Origin: Octopus bimaculoides
Taxonomy: Eukaryota
Direction: 5' to 3'
DNA length: 45,404 nucleotides
Assembly (NCBI RefSeq): GCF_001194135.2
Contig: NC_068982.1
Location: 82,482,577 to 82,527,980 of the forward strand
Within the stretch, counting starts at the first letter, position 1; each line of letters starts with the position of its first letter. The notes beneath the pieces were generated by a model that was not told the DNA's origin, ran no database searches, and saw only the letters and a program-made list of their open reading frames with translations. The translations under genes were made by a program, and so were the position numbers. Positions 11,793-24,422 of the stretch are shown here, piece after piece.

Positions 11793-12459
11793 TATAAAAA
11801 AATATCACTTGCTTAATAAATATTTCTTTCAGTAATTTATCGCGGTTGTAATATATCAGTAATTTAAAGATAGGTGAAGGTAAGCCTAGCATGTTTAGCG
11901 TGCTAGAAATAGCAGCGCTCACATAGTTATTATTGTAAGGTTTATAGCATCCCAAACAGCCATACCAACAAAATCACTTCTATAAAAAACTATACGGGCA
12001 TACTTTACCACGAAAGCTTCAAAGTTATACAACTATTTTGTCTAGTAGCATTGTTTCATTTAATAAATAACTTTTTACATTGCATATATAGAATAAACTG
12101 TGGATTTTACAAATAGCGAATAAAAACCTGAAATGCAAACATTGAAATGAATATATATGAAATTATCATTAATGAAAATAGAGGCGAGAGAGAGTGAGAG
12201 ACTATTGCAGATGAAGCAGAAAATTTCGCCTTTAACGAGTTAATACTGTTTACTAAATCTACTCTGCAGTGAATGCAACAAATATTTAAATTAGTGAAAA
12301 ATTTCTAGTTCAGATATTCAATAAAGTTTAGAAATCGAAAGTGCAGGAAATTTCTTTTAACGTGAATTTATAAAAAGTTATTGTATAGAAAAATGTCCAG
12401 ACGGTCAAGCCTTTAATACTTGCTTTCTTCTAGTAACTGTTATATACCTAGCTTTCTCC

Positions 12460-12508
<49 letters not shown>

Positions 12509-12512
<4 letters not shown>

Positions 12513-15285
12513 ATGACCAAAATGCACCAAACCAGAACATCACAGACAAAAATATGAACGGGAGAAAATACGAAGCAAATTTAAAACCTGGAAATAGTGC
12601 AGGTGAACCTAATGATTATGGTGCTCTAAAAAGGAGCATAATCAAAGAACCGAGGGCCACAGATCTCAGTATGGACCACCGATTGTACATCTCAAAAATT
12701 AAAATTGATACTAAAACAACATCAATAATAAATAGCACGGACCTGGCCGTCACACAACTAATAGCCACAGAAACAAATGTCAATCTGACCAGGCTAAATG
12801 ATATAATATATGCAGCAGCCACTGTAGCCACAAAAGAAGCTGTTTACTCCCTCAAACTCATCCAAACAGGAGTACCACCACCCAAACAGACCTTGTGGAT
12901 AAATAATATCCAGAAGAAATAGAAAAGAAGAGAAAAGATCTGTTAAATCTTAAAGAAACTAGTAGACAATCAACACTACTAAACAACAATAAGAGAACAA
13001 AAATATTGTTTAAATGCAAAATTACAGAACAAGGAATATATAAGGTAAAAGAACAGCTAAAGCAAGATATCCTTGCCAAAGAATCCGTCGGCATGAGAAA
13101 CGCCAACGTTTCTTTGAACAAAACAAACAGTTCATTTCCAACCCTAAAAGATTCTACCAAGAACTTGGCAAAAATAAAATAGACATCAATGCAGCACCAA
13201 CAGCAGAAGAAGTGGAAGAATTTTGAAAGAAATATGGTCGGCGAAGGAACAACCTCAGAAAAGGTCTAACAAAACAACGAACTCAGCACCTGAACAACTC
13301 TGGACCCCTATAACAACTGAAGAGGTCACCCAGGCACTGCAAAAACTAAGCAATTGGAAGGCACTCGGGCACGACTAGATACACAACTTCTGGTTAAAAT
13401 ACCTGACAGGAACACATAAAAAGCTGGCTGAGAAATTCAATGACATACTAGCAGATCCAGTGACAATGCCTAAATGACTCACGGAAGGGAAAACTATCCT
13501 AATTCCCAAATCCACTGAAACGGCAAACCCACAAAATTACAGTCCAATAACTTGTCTCCCTACAATTTACAAAGCCTTTACTGCAATAATATCGCAAATA
13601 AAGAGCAAGCATCTGGAAGAAAACAACCTGTTTCCAGAAGAGCGAAAGGGATGCTGCAAGGGCTCACGCGGCTATAAAGATCAAATAATGGTCAATAAAG
13701 CTATAACTGAAGAAAGCCGCAGAAAGAAAAAAGGCCCAAGTATGGCCATCATCGATTACCGAAAGGTGTTAGAACGTATTCCACACATGGATCATAGAAA
13801 CACTAGGCATGAACAAGGTAGCATCAATAATCATAAAATATATAACATAGCTCCAAACAAAAGAGAGACTCATAAAAACCAAAACCATCCCCATTAGAAG
13901 AGGAATATTCCAGGGAGACACACTCTCTGCAATCCTTTCTGCTTGGCACTGACACCTTTATCTGACATACTAAACAGAACTGGATACAGATACAATTGTT
14001 ACGGCAAAACAATCAGCAACCACTTATATATGGATGACCTAAAAGTGTACGCTACAAATGATAAATAGCTGAAAACATTACTACAGACAGTACATGGATT
14101 TACCAAAGAAAGAAATATGAAATATGGCTTAGAAAGATGTGCCAAAGAAACCTTGAATAGAGGAAAACCAGTTAAGAGTAGTAACATCACACTAGATAAT
14201 GAAATAGAGAATTAGACCAAAGCCAGACATACAAATATTTAGGAATCAATGAACTAGATACGATACAACATACACAAATGAAAGAGAAAATGAAAAAAAA
14301 GAATACTATAGACGAGTTAGAGTAATACTGAAAAAAGAGTTCAACGCGAAAAACAGGATAATAGGTATCAACACTCTAGCCGTCCCAGTTATAAATTACA
14401 GCTACAATGTCCTTAACTGGACACTAAATGAACTAACCAAAATAGACAGGAAAACAAGAAAAATAATGACAGGATCTAGGATGCACCACCCAAAATCAGA
14501 CATGGAAAGGTTATATATACAGCGTATAGAGAGTGGTAGAGGCCTTATGCAGCTAGAAAACTATTACAAAATAACCACCATAGGACTGCAAAAATACCTA
14601 CTTCAGAAGCAAGGAAAGCTAATACAAATAGCCACAAAACACGAGCAAAACAAAAAACTGTTTTCAGTATTTAAGTAAGCTGACAATTACAAACAAGAAG
14701 TCATACTACCTAGATACTATGAAGAAAAAGAAGAAACAACAAAAGCTGTATCATAAATGAAATCCAAACTAAAACTGGAACAGCAACGGATCTTGATAAA
14801 ACGATGGCAACAAAAGTCTCTTCATGGCAAATATCTGGGTTAAACTAATCGCAAAAGAAACAGACAAAGCAAAATCCCAACAATGGACTCAAACCAAAGA
14901 CTGAAAGATTTTTAATTGCAGCACAAGACCAAAGCCTACCATAATCATATATTGAAAACAAGCATAAGTAACTGCAAAATAAGTGGAGATGGACAAGAAA
15001 CAATAAATCATATTGGCCCTGGCTGCCCAGGCTGGCTAAGAAGGAATACATTCACAGATACGACAGAGTTGGGACCTACATATACAAGTAGCTATGCCAG
15101 CACTATGGAATAAAAACAGAAAAATGATGGTATAAGTACACGCCAGAAAAGGTCACAGAAAATGAGAAAGCAAAAATACTATGGGATATGCCAATACACA
15201 CAGAAATTAAGGTCAATAGGCCGGATATGGTTGTCAGAGATCAAGAAAAAAAAATGCTTTCTAATTGATGTATCAATACCAACGT
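12509..15285 (+). pseudogene. Decayed R4/Dong-like non-LTR ORF (RT, CCHC finger, restriction-like endonuclease)
   Basis: Fragments NWKA.GHD.IHNFWLK, NYSPITCL, IDYRKV, RGIFQGD, YMDDLK, CKI...ETINHI..GC and LWDMPIHT...NRPDMVV...FLIDVSIP; many stops and frameshifts; (TAA)n upstream and (TTA)n downstream. Confidence 0.9.
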
Positions 15286-15309
15286 TTATTATCATTATTA
15301 TTATTATTA

Positions 15310-15647
15310 TTTTATGTTTGACTTTTGTTTTGCATTTGTACAAGTTGGATCCAAGTCTCACCCAGAGACCTCAAGAGACAACAAGTTAGAAGTTCATGTA
15401 GGTGTTATGCCTAGGGTACCATATATTTGGATTTGTACAGTTTTGTTCAAGTGAATGTTTAAGAAACCATAAGAAAATTATGTTTGCTTTAAAATTTGAG
15501 ATCACATAGACAGTATTTTACGTAGGATATGGGCAGTTCCCATGAGCACTATCTTTTGAACTTCAGCCATTTTGGGGTTTCCTGGAATCTGATCTAGGTA
15601 GTAATCAGCCCGTTTCGCTGTCATTCCCAGGGCACCTATGACAATAN
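15310..15647 (-). mobile_element. R4/Dong-like 3' end, second subfamily
   Basis: IVIGALGMTAKRADYYLDQIPGNPKMAEVQKIVLMGTAHILRKILSM*, followed by a distinct 3' UTR ending in (TAA)n, tail-to-tail with the preceding copy. Confidence 0.8.
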
Positions 15648-15889
15648 NNNNNNNNNNNNNNNNNNNNNNNNNNNNNNNNNNNNNNNNNNNNNNNNNNNNN
15701 NNNNNNNNNNNNNNNNNNNNNNNNNNNNNNNNNNNNNNNNNNNNNNNNNNNNNNNNNNNNNNNNNNNNNNNNNNNNNNNNNNNNNNNNNNNNNNNNNNNN
15801 NNNNNNNNNNNNNNNNNNNNNNNNNNNNNNNNNNNNNNNNNNNNNNNNNNNNNNNNNNNNNNNNNNNNNNNNNNNNNNNNNNNNNNNNT

Positions 15890-15998
15890 AAGGCACCTAC
15901 TATGATAGGAATTGTTTCTGTTTTTAGATTCCACATTCGAGTTACCTCTATTTCCAGGTCTTTGTATTTTGAAAGTTTTTCCATTTCTTTTAGAGAAA
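15890..15998 (-). mobile_element. R4/Dong-like endonuclease-domain fragment
   Basis: SLKEMEKLSKYKDLEIEVTRMWNLKTETIPIIVGAL; essentially the same sequence as 19277-19361 on the plus strand. Confidence 0.8.
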
Positions 15999-15999
15999 C

Positions 16000-16075
<76 letters not shown>

Positions 16076-16101
16076 GTTGTTGTTGTTGTTGTTGTTGTTG
16101 T

Positions 16102-17009
16102 TTTTCTAAAATAAAATATGGTCCATTGTCTTCTGCTGAACCGGGGTCATCCCTTGACCCCTAGGGTCACAGCAGGTCCTCATCTCATGGAGAGTACACA
16201 GCGTAAAATGTGTGCGGAACATAGCAACACTATTTTCTGAAGTTCTCCCACGTGCTGTGTTGCTTTTCATTCCCCACATCTTAGTCACATCTATTTCTAG
16301 GTCTTTGTACTTAAATAACTTCTCAACTTCTGTAGTGGACACATTTTTCCCTGATGGCACTGTCACATCTATCATTAAGCATTTCTTATTCCTCCCATCT
16401 CTGATGATTATGTCCATCCTGTTTGCCTTGATTTCTTTATCGGTGTTGATTGGCATGTCCCAGAGTACAGTTACATAATCTTTTCTGGTCACATTTTCAG
16501 GTTTATGCTGGTACCATCTTTCTAAAGTTGGAAGCTGGTAGTGTTTACATATCTTCTAATGGATATATTGCACTACTCTGTCGTGTCTATGAATATATTC
16601 GGTTTTTGCAAGCGCTGTGCATCCAGTTAAGATGTAATCCACTGTTTCATCCTGCTCATGACACATTCTGCATTTCGGGTCAGTGCCTTCATTCATTATT
16701 TTGTTGTGGTAAGCCCTGGTTGCCAATTCGGTTTCAGCCTTCAGTCCTGATCTCTTCATCAATACATGAGTGTCTAGTTTTTCTACGTCTGGTTCATTCA
16801 CTCTAAATGGGTATCGGCCATGCATCGGTTTTTCTAGCCATTCTTCTTTGCTCTTTTTCTGGGCTTGTTTTTTCACCTCTTCCTTAACTCTTTTAGCAAA
16901 CTGGGTTAATTTCTCACTGGCCTTCATCCTAGGTTCCTCAGTCATCAGTTGTTTCTTAAACCGTACAGATTCTTTGTATACCGAGCATAGCTTCTTTACT
17001 TTATCATGC

Positions 17010-17010
<1 letters not shown>
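16102..17010 (-). pseudogene. R4/Dong-like C-terminal half, third subfamily, with (CAA)n/(TAA)n tail
   Basis: KPMHGRY...SGLKAETE...CRMCHEQDETVDYILTGC..LAKTEYIHRHD (CCHC finger) and VLWDMPINTDKEIKANRMDII...MIDVTVP...EKLFKYKDL (REL endonuclease). Confidence 0.85.
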
Positions 17011-17047
<37 letters not shown>

Positions 17048-17084
17048 GTTGTTGTTGTTGTTGTTGTGATGGTATTGTTATTAA

Positions 17085-17285
17085 GACATTGAGCTAGTAG
17101 AATTGTTAGCACGTAGGACGAAATGCTTAGCGGTATTTCGCCCGTGAGTTCAAATTCCGCCGAGGTCGACTTTGCCTTTCATCCTTTCGGGGTCGATAAA
17201 GCAGGTACCGGTTGAACACTGGGGTCGATGTAATCGACTCATCCCTACCTCTCCCAAGCTTCCCTGTGGCAAAAATTGAAACAAT
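17085..17285 (+). mobile_element. tRNA-derived SINE, family B
   Basis: A-box-like gagctagtagaattg, B box gagttcaaattcc, conserved core gccgaggtcgactttgcctttcatcctttcggggtcgataaa, tail running into (AAC)n/(AAT)n. Confidence 0.85.
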
Positions 17286-17312
17286 AATACTAACAACAAC
17301 AACAACAACAAC

Positions 17313-17409
<97 letters not shown>

Positions 17410-17671
17410 NNNNNNNNNNNNNNNNNNNNNNNNNNNNNNNNNNNNNNNNNNNNNNNNNNNNNNNNNNNNNNNNNNNNNNNNNNNNNNNNNNNNNNNNNNN
17501 NNNNNNNNNNNNNNNNNNNNNNNNNNNNNNNNNNNNNNNNNNNNNNNNNNNNNNNNNNNNNNNNNNNNNNNNNNNNNNNNNNNNNNNNNNNNNNNNNNNN
17601 NNNNNNNNNNNNNNNNNNNNNNNNNNNNNNNNNNNNNNNNNNNNNNNNNNNNNNNNNNNNNNNNNNNNNNN

Positions 17672-18521
17672 ATCCCCATTAGAAGAGGAATATTCCAGGG
17701 AGACACGCTCTCTCCACTCCTGTTCTGCCTGGCACTCACACCTTTAACTGACTTGCTAAATAGAACTGGATGCGGATACAAATGTTACGGCAAAACAATC
17801 AGCCACCTTTTATATATGGATGACCTAAAATTATACGCTAGAAATGATAAACAGCTGGAAACACTACTACAGACAGTACGTGGATTTACCAAAGAAATAG
17901 ATATGAAATTTGGATTAGAAAAATGTGCCAACGCAACCCTGAAAAGAGGAAAACTAGTTAAGAGTAGCAACATCACACTAGATAAATCCAATGAAATAAG
18001 AGAACTAGACGAAAGCCAGCCATACAAATATTTAGGAATCACTGAACTAGACAGGATACAACACACACAAATGAAAGAGAAAGTAAAGAAAGAATACTAT
18101 AGACGAGTTAGATCAATACTGAAAACAGAGCTCAATGCTAAAAACAAGATAATAGGTATCAACACTTTAGCTATCCCAGTTATAAATTACAGCTACAATA
18201 TCCTTAACTGGACACTAAACGAATTATCTAGAATAGACAGGAAAACAAGAAAAATAATGACAGGATCTAGGATGCACCGCCCAAAATCTGACAGAAAGGC
18301 TATATATACAACGTACAGAAGTTGGTAGAGGTCTCATACAGCTGGAAAACTATTATAAAATAACCACCATAGGACTGCAAAAATACCTACTTCAGAAGCA
18401 AGGAAAACTAATACAAATATCCACAAAACACGAGCAAAACAAAAAACTGTTTTCAGTATTTAAGGAAGCTGACAAATACAAACAAGAAATCATACTACCT
18501 AATAAATACGAAGAAGAAGAA

Positions 18522-18552
<31 letters not shown>

Positions 18553-19425
18553 AAGAAGAAGAAGAAGAAGAAGAAGAAGAAGAAGAAGAAGAAGAAGAAG
18601 AAGAAGAAGAAGAAGAAGAAGAAGAAGAAGAAGAAGAAGAAGAAGAAGAAGAAGAAGAAGAAGAAGAAGAAGAAGAGACAACAAAAGCTATAAAACAAAT
18701 GAAATCTAAACTAAAACTAGAACAGCAACGGACAATGATAAAGCGATGACAAGAAAAGCCCCTACATGGTAAATACTGGGCTAAACTAAATGCATAAGAA
18801 ATAGACAGAGAAAAATCCCAGCAATGGTTGAGAAGCTCAGGACTCAAAGCAGAGACTGAAGGATTTTTAATTGCTGCACAAGACCAAAGCCTCCCCACCA
18901 GAAATTACCAAAAACATATAATGAAAAGAAGCGTAACAAGCAACTGTAAAATATGTGGAGATGGACAAGAGACAATAAATCATATTATCTCTGGCTGCCC
19001 AGTCCTAGCTAAGAAGGAATATATTCACAGAGACGACAGAGCTGGGACCTATATACACTGGAAGCTATGCCAACACTATGGAATAACAACAGAAAAAAGA
19101 TGGTATAAACACACGCCAGAAAAGGTCACAGTAAACGAGAAAGCAACCATACTCTGGGATATGCCAATACACACAGATAGAGAAATCAAGGCAAATAGAC
19201 CAGATATAGTTGTTAAAGATCATGAAGAAAAAAACATGCTTTCTAATTGATGTATCGATACTAGCAGATGACAACGTTTCTCTAAAAGAAATGGAAAAAC
19301 TTTCAAAATACAAAGACCTGGAAATAGAGGTAACTCGAATGTGGAATCTAAAAACAGAAACAAGGCACATAGAGCTGCGCTCGGTAGTGAAGTGAAAGCA
19401 CGTTATAAAAATAAAACTACTAAAC
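17672..19425 (+). pseudogene. Decayed R4/Dong-like element from RT core to 3' UTR, interrupted by (GAA)n
   Basis: RGIFQGD.LSP, YMDDLKLY (ORF 17753-18328), CCHC finger and NRPDIVV (ORF 18828-19250), a deletion before the 3' UTR, and a (TAA)n tail at ~19425-19443. Confidence 0.9.
18510..18676 (+). repeat. (GAA)n microsatellite (~55 units) inside the LINE ORF
   Basis: Read directly; one TAA interruption near 18522. Confidence 0.95.
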
Positions 19426-19639
19426 AATAATAATAATAATAATGCCGTGATTTTGAAATTGTGTTATAGTTGTGGCTACGGCCTCTCCTGAAAACCAGTA
19501 TTTAACGTACTACATAAGGAGCTGTATTTAACGTGCTACATGTGGAGCTGCAGTTCAGGACCGGTCGTAATCAACCTGCAGCTGAGCCACAACTGCGAAG
19601 ATTAAAATTGACAAAAGGGAACGACAAATTGTTGTTTGA

Positions 19640-20840
19640 ATGTCATATTAGTGAGCTAGAGAGCAAGAGGATATAAGAAAACGTTATTACAGCACTGGAA
19701 GAAAATATTATCCATATGATGAGCTGAAGAATGTGAGTGAACAAATATTGGCTGATCACATTAGACAAATTAAGACAGAAATAATGGTTAGAGAAGATAG
19801 AACAAGAGGAGATTATGAAGAAAGTGTGAAAGGAACTGCTGGTCCAGAAGAAATATCCACGAAACAGGAGAATCGCCAAACTGGGACATGGAGGGAAGGA
19901 ATCTACTATATATAGTAGACACTAGTATGTCTACAACTAGAAAGTCACCGGAAGAAATATGCCCAGAACCAGCTACTCTCCGCCACATAATTCTGGAAAA
20001 GATGTGCCTTGAGGAAAAGAAAAGGTTACTATCAGTGAAGTCATATGATAGTGCAAAGTTAAGATCAGAACTCTGGAAAGCGAATGAAATATTCAAGAGA
20101 ATTTCAATGAAGTAGATTACCGAGTTAAATTCTTTCTTATGTCATCACAGAGATGGGAATAGTTAGAGGAAAGAAAATACAAAGAAACAAAGAAGCGTTC
20201 AGGAAAAGGAGAATAAAAGAAAGCATTGATACATGCCGGAAGGATTTAAGTACGATCAAGATGGTGAGGAAAGATGAGGCTCAATGAATAATACCACCTG
20301 GTGAATCAGAACATTCTAGTTATATCGGGTATGTTAAAAAAAGTTCAAAGCGAATGGAGTTAAAATTAAAAAATGAGTAAAAATGCCTACAGTTTAAACA
20401 TAATCAACTCTTTAGAACAAATCAGTAGCTCTTCTACGAGATTTTGGATGGAGGAGATAAGAAACCAGCAGAGTTACTTGATCCTAAAAAAGCAACTTCG
20501 TTTTGGAGCAAGATCTTGTCAGAGAATGTCAAACACAACTACAAGGCACTCTGGCTCCATAAAGTGGAAGAAGAATTCAATGACATGGAGACGCAAGAAT
20601 ACATAACCATCACATTGGAAGATATTCAAGCCGGAGTTGGTAAGATGAGAAATCGGAAGGCAGCTGGCTGGGACCTTCTTCAGGGTTTTTGGCTGAAAGT
20701 TTTCACGAATTTACATCCTAAACTACTTAAATTCCTGGAAAGCGGTGCACATCAGAAAGGATGGGCAAAGGAAGAATTGTGTTGATTCAAATGAACCCAT
20801 CAAGAGTGCCGTGACCACTAACTATCGTCCAATTGCTTGT
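19640..20840 (+). pseudogene. Decayed N-terminal part of an R4-like non-LTR ORF
   Basis: RGY.KR...EQILADHIRQIK N-terminal motif; ATSFWSKI...ITLEDIQAGVGKMRNRKAAGWDLLQGFWLK...NYRPIAC (start of RT). Confidence 0.7.
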
Positions 20841-21296
20841 AGAAGCTGTTGACTACCTGTCCCCTTCTCATGACTAATATTGCACACTTATCAATGCCAA
20901 ATTTCATGCCTATATCTTTGCTGAAGAGTCTTACAGTCTGTATTAAAGAATCCATCTCTTTTTCATTTTTACTAAAAAGTCTCAGATCATCCATATAGAG
21001 CAAATGACTAATTTTTCCCTATTTCTGAATCCTGCCTTTGCCTTCCCTAATACTAAACTGAAGGGATCAGACATAAGACAAATATTAAAGGGTACAACGC
21101 GTACCCCTGGAAAAATTTTCTTTTGATATTAACTTTCCCTAAGTTTGTGTCACCTGAATAGAGATCTACTTTCCATTTCCTCATGCAACAGCTAATTAAT
21201 TCTCTTATGTTGTCTGCTATACTGAATATACTCAAACATTCACTTATCCATGAGTTGGGATCATGTCATAGGCTTTCCAATAATCTATCCATTCTA
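20841..21296 (-). pseudogene. Inverted RT core of an R4-like element
   Basis: Minus strand WIDYWKAYDM.P, KVNIKR..FQGYAL.PLIFVLCLIP, LYMDDLRLF...MKFGIDKCAILVMRRGQVV. Confidence 0.85.
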
Positions 21297-21341
21297 TTGT
21301 TGTTGTTGTTGTTGTTCTTCTTCTTCTTCTTCTTCTTCTTC

Positions 21342-21423
<82 letters not shown>

Positions 21424-21447
21424 CATTATTATTATTATTATTATTGA

Positions 21448-21990
21448 ATTAGAGAACAGTGCATGTCAAAGTAACACTGGGATAAAATATACGAAACTCA
21501 ATATACCCATCCTGACTACCCGTCTGATAAGGGTACACCAGGCTCATGTTTCACAATCATATGTTCGTGACATAGCGATCTTATGCCAAGATAAACAACG
21601 TCTGACCTTCCAGGTGGCGCCCATTTAGAATTTTCCTCTGATCGAGTTGCCTATCCGCTCAAAAGATCCCTGAATAAGGGTTGTTGAAGGATGTTGAACA
21701 AAACACTCATGTTCTCAGAGGTGAATCATTCAAATACCAAAAAAATCCTCTCAACACATGGCTATGATACTCCCCTACAAACTCTGCTCGTGATCAGAAA
21801 TGCACATTACGCCAGCCACCAAGGGAAATGCTTAACTGGTTAAGGTCAAACAACTGACAATCAAATCTGTGGTGCTGAACAGAATACTTGTTGTAGCCCA
21901 TCTTTTATACAAAGAAAAACTAATGTACATGACAACACTTTCAATCAGTTAAGATCAGAAGCCATGAGAGCCAGTGCCTGGTATTGCATC
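21448..21990 (-). mobile_element. Interspersed repeat family C with (TAA)n tail (LINE 3' UTR or SINE)
   Basis: Reverse complement is homologous to 37232-37632; both copies end in ctca(a)taataat tails. Confidence 0.7.
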
Positions 21991-21999
21991 AGGGCAGCA

Positions 22000-22035
<36 letters not shown>

Positions 22036-22037
22036 AC

Positions 22038-22092
<55 letters not shown>

Positions 22093-22285
22093 TACACTTT
22101 TTTTCGCTGTATACACTTAATTTTGCAGCCTCAAATAATTCTAAATTTCTATTAACATTTCTTGAACAGTTTCGCAGAAAAAAATGCTCTGTTAAAACTA
22201 ATGACGTTGTATGTATGTGTTAATGGTGGGTTATCTGTGGAGAGTGCATGTATTTGGTACCGTCTGCTCGAACGTATTTTACATA

Positions 22286-22328
<43 letters not shown>

Positions 22329-23225
22329 NNNNNNNNNNNNNNNNNNNNNNNNNNNNNNNNNNNNNNNNNNNNNNNNNNNNNNNNNNNNNNNNNNNNNNNN
22401 NNNNNNNNNNNNNNNNNNNNNNNNNNNNNNNNNNNNNNNNNNNNNNNNNNNNNNNNNNNNNNNNNNNNNNNNNNNNNNNNNNNNNNNNNNNNNNNNNNNN
22501 NNNNNNNNNNNNNNNNNNNNNNNNNNNNNNNNNNNNNNNNNNNNNNNNNNNNNNNNNNNNNNNNNNNNNNNNNNNNNNNNNNNNNNNNNNNNNNNNNNNN
22601 NNNNNNNNNNNNNNNNNNNNNNNNNNNNNNNNNNNNNNNNNNNNNNNNNNNNNNNNNNNNNNNNNNNNNNNNNNNNNNNNNNNNNNNNNNNNNNNNNNNN
22701 NNNNNNNNNNNNNNNNNNNNNNNNNNNNNNNNNNNNNNNNNNNNNNNNNNNNNNNNNNNNNNNNNNNNNNNNNNNNNNNNNNNNNNNNNNNNNNNTATAT
22801 ATATATATATATATACATGCATACATACATTTGTGTATGTACTCATTTAAATAGGTGTGTGAGTGCATAAGTATGTGTATGCATGCACATGCAGGAGTCA
22901 CTGTGTATATGGGTATATGTATATCCATGTACGCACGCATATGTGTGTATGTATCAAGTATTAATGAAGCAACCACCTTTCAAATCATTATCACACCACA
23001 TTTTGACTGCTTTCTTTTTAAAATATCTCAATGCTTTTTTGTTTCTTTCTCACTGATCTTCATTTTTGTCGTAATTCTTTAATCCATCAAAGTTTCTGCA
23101 ATATGTCTTCTTTCCAGAATCGAGGCCAATTCGATGCAAGCCAATATCAGTTCATTAGACATTTTGCATCGCCTACAATGTGTTTGTTGATTGTCTCTTA
23201 TGCGCAAGTGGTCTTTTGTTTTAAA

Positions 23226-23570
23226 CAATGGTTCTCAACCAGGCCCCATATGTAACACATAAGCTTTTTGGGTCTCCAGGTAAGCAAAATAGTAAATTGG
23301 ATATGCGCAGTAGTATTTAAAGTGTGCATGAAAAAATTTTGCTTTAGATATATCTATTGCAAGTTTGTTTCTAATGTTTTTCTGGCCACTGAAAGATGTT
23401 CGCTCAGAGAGTGCTTTTGCATACCTACACAAGTGAATAATTGCAAAAGAAAATAGAAACTTTGAAAGTTCCTATAAAACTAGTCTTTAAACACCGAATG
23501 GCTATGGGGTCCACGAGAATTAAACGGTAATCAAAGAGGCCCTTAGATAAAATGTGGCTGAGAAACACTG
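23226..23570. mobile_element. hAT (Charlie-like) MITE
   Basis: TIRs caatggttctcaacc / ggctgagaaacactg (12/15); flanking 8-mers gttttaaa / gtttaaaa (7/8) fit the 8-bp hAT TSD. Confidence 0.6.
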
Positions 23571-23737
23571 GTTTAAAAGATACATAGGTGTCCATAATGA
23601 AGTTTAACTTCGGTATTGGTGTTGCTCAGAGGTTACAGATGCTCTTCGAATCCATCAAGAAGGTGAGACAAAAGTGGAAGGTAAAATTCTTGCGACGACA
23701 CTGGGACTTCATAGATAATGGGCTGTTTTATGTTTGA

Positions 23738-23884
23738 TTAACATTAGTTTCAAATTTTGGCACAAGGCCAGCAATTTTGGGGGAAGGGCTAAGTCTATTA
23801 CATTGCCTCCAGTACTCAACTGGTACTTATTTCATCGATCCCAAAAGGATTAAAGGCAAAATCGACGCTGGTGGAATTTGAACA
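23738..23884 (-). mobile_element. SINE family B fragment
   Basis: Homologous to 17085-17285 (core aaaggcaaaatcgac, B box gaatttgaac, on the reverse strand). Confidence 0.75.
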
Positions 23885-23934
23885 ATTCTGCCAGGTTATC
23901 GCCTTATGTTTGATTAATATTAACCAAGACTTCA

Positions 23935-24041
23935 AGGCAGCGGGCTGACAGAATCGTTAGCACATCGAGCCAACTTTGCTTTTCCTCCTCTCGGGGTCGA
24001 TAGAATAAGTAGCATTCAAGCACTGGGGTCGAAGTGGACGA
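23935..24041 (+). mobile_element. SINE family B, internally deleted
   Basis: ggcagcgggctgacagaatcgttagcac head joined to the ctttgcttttcctcctctcggggtcgatag core. Confidence 0.7.
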
Positions 24042-24371
24042 AGTAGTGGTGGNNNNNNNNNNNNNNNNNNNNNNNNNNNNNNNNNNNNNNNNNNNNNNNN
24101 NNNNNNNNNNNNNNNNNNNNNNNNNNNNNNNNNNNNNNNNNNNNNNNNNNNNNNNNNNNNNNNNNNNNNNNNNNNNNNNNNNNNNNNNNGAAGAAGAAGA
24201 AGAAGAAGAAGAAGAAGAAGAAGAAGAAGAAGAAGAAGAAGAAGAAGAAGAAGAAGAAGAAGAGGAAGAGATTTTTTTTGCTATGATTCACTATGGTAGT
24301 TTATTGTTTTGTTGTATTGCTCAGAAGATGGCAATCTCATAGAATCACGCTAGATTTCCCCAGAAGTCATA

Positions 24372-24419
<48 letters not shown>

Positions 24420-24422
24420 GAT

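Noticed and set aside
12509-19425. Active LINE or domesticated RT/endonuclease gene
   Set aside because: Every copy has multiple stops, frameshifts or deletions; the longest clean piece is 191 aa.
23630-23662. 33-bp micro-exon candidate (ctcag|...aag|gtgaga)
   Set aside because: Splice-like signals alone are common by chance in 45 kb; no supporting homology.
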